Shown here piece after piece: positions 63,101 through 64,000 of a stretch of DNA of 64,000 nucleotides (the first letter of the stretch is position 1; every line of letters starts with the position of its first letter). The position numbers and the translations under genes were made by a program. Below the pieces are notes generated by a model, which was given only the letters and a program-made list of their open reading frames with translations, searched no databases and had not been told where the DNA came from. Source of the DNA: Squalus acanthias (taxonomy: Eukaryota); the NCBI GenBank assembly GCA_030390025.1, contig JASTWF010000365.1, positions 248,001 to 312,000 of the forward strand, written 5' to 3'.

Positions 63101-63934
63101 CCCAGCCTCTGACCTGCTCTTGTTGCCACAGTATTTATGTGGTATGTCCAGCTAAGTTTCTGGTCAATGGTGACCCCCAGGATGTTGATGGTGGGGGATT
63201 CGGTGATGGTAATGCCGTTGAATGTCAAGGGGAGGTGGTTAGACTCTCGTTTGTTGGAGATTGTCATTGCCTGGCACTTCTGTGACGCGAATGTTACCTG
63301 CCACTTATCAGCCCAAGCCTGAACATCGTCCAGGTCTTGTTGCATGCGGGCATGGACTGCTTCATTATCTGAGGAGTTGTGAATGGCGCTGAACACTGTG
63401 CAGTCATCAGCGAACATCTGTGTTTTTTAGTGATGTTGGTTGAGGGATAAATATTGGCCCCAGGACACCAGGGGAGGACTCCCCTGCTCTTCTTCCAATA
63501 GTGGCCATGGGATCTTTTACATTTACCTGAGAAGGCAGACGGGGCCTCGGTTTAACGTCTCATCCGAAAGACGGCACCTCCGACAGTGCAGCGCTCCCTC
63601 AGCATTGCACTGGAGTGTCAGCCTGGGTTATGTTCTGATGACCCACGACCTTCTGACTCAGAGGCGAGAGTGCTACCCACTGATCCACGACTGACGCCTG
63701 TGAACTGTAAGGAAGAGTACTAGAGGCAACAATTCAGTATCGACCATTTTGGGGTGCGAACATCGCCTGGGTGCTATCTTAATTAGCGCCGGCGACCGCG
63801 AAATTGCGCTTTAGCGCCCCAAGGGGGAAGTGGAGGGCTAAATCAAGTGCTCCACTCCCTTCTTAGGGCGCGAACGTCAGAGAGCGGGGCGGAGACCAGC
63901 GGCGCTGCCCACTGTGCCGGGCAGCGCTGCCGCA
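60169..63934 (+). repeat. Copy 2 of the duplicated segment (CR1, SINE, CR1-B, SINE), with an empty Gypsy target site at 63850-63854
   Basis: AATCAAGTGCTCCACTCCCTTC has a single CTCCA; only scattered substitutions versus copy 1. Confidence 0.95.
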
Positions 63935-64000
63935 TTCAAAGGCTCCTTCCCTCACTTAAAGGGAAGAGCCATCGCTGCAGGCTCTGCAATAGAAGAAGTA

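Overview
Eukaryotic, repeat-dominated genomic DNA; the CR1, L2, DeuSINE and Penelope repertoire points to a cartilaginous fish (inference). One host gene can be rebuilt from canonical splice sites: a five-exon minus-strand gene (CDS 39264 to 21172, 236 aa) encoding a signal peptide, two 10-cysteine Ly6/uPAR (three-finger) domains, a Ser/Thr stalk and a GPI-type hydrophobic tail. The main highlight is a complete 4,419-bp Ty3/Gypsy element (55312-59730, minus strand). It has identical 183-bp LTRs, a 5-bp TSD (CTCCA), a single 1-nt frameshift and a YLDN RT motif. It lacks a tRNA primer-binding site and instead has a 12-nt sequence complementary to its own LTR (candidate self-priming). A near-identical copy of the same locus just across a 353-N gap carries the empty site, which suggests two haplotypes and a polymorphic, very recent insertion. 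The rest is an 11-kb GA-rich satellite with higher-order repeats, many CR1/L2 fragments, DeuSINEs, Penelope ends with hammerhead motifs, MITE-like elements, and several minisatellites (33, 37, 43 and 49 bp) that grew from inside retroposons. Almost all long ORFs in the supplied track are artefacts of these repeats.
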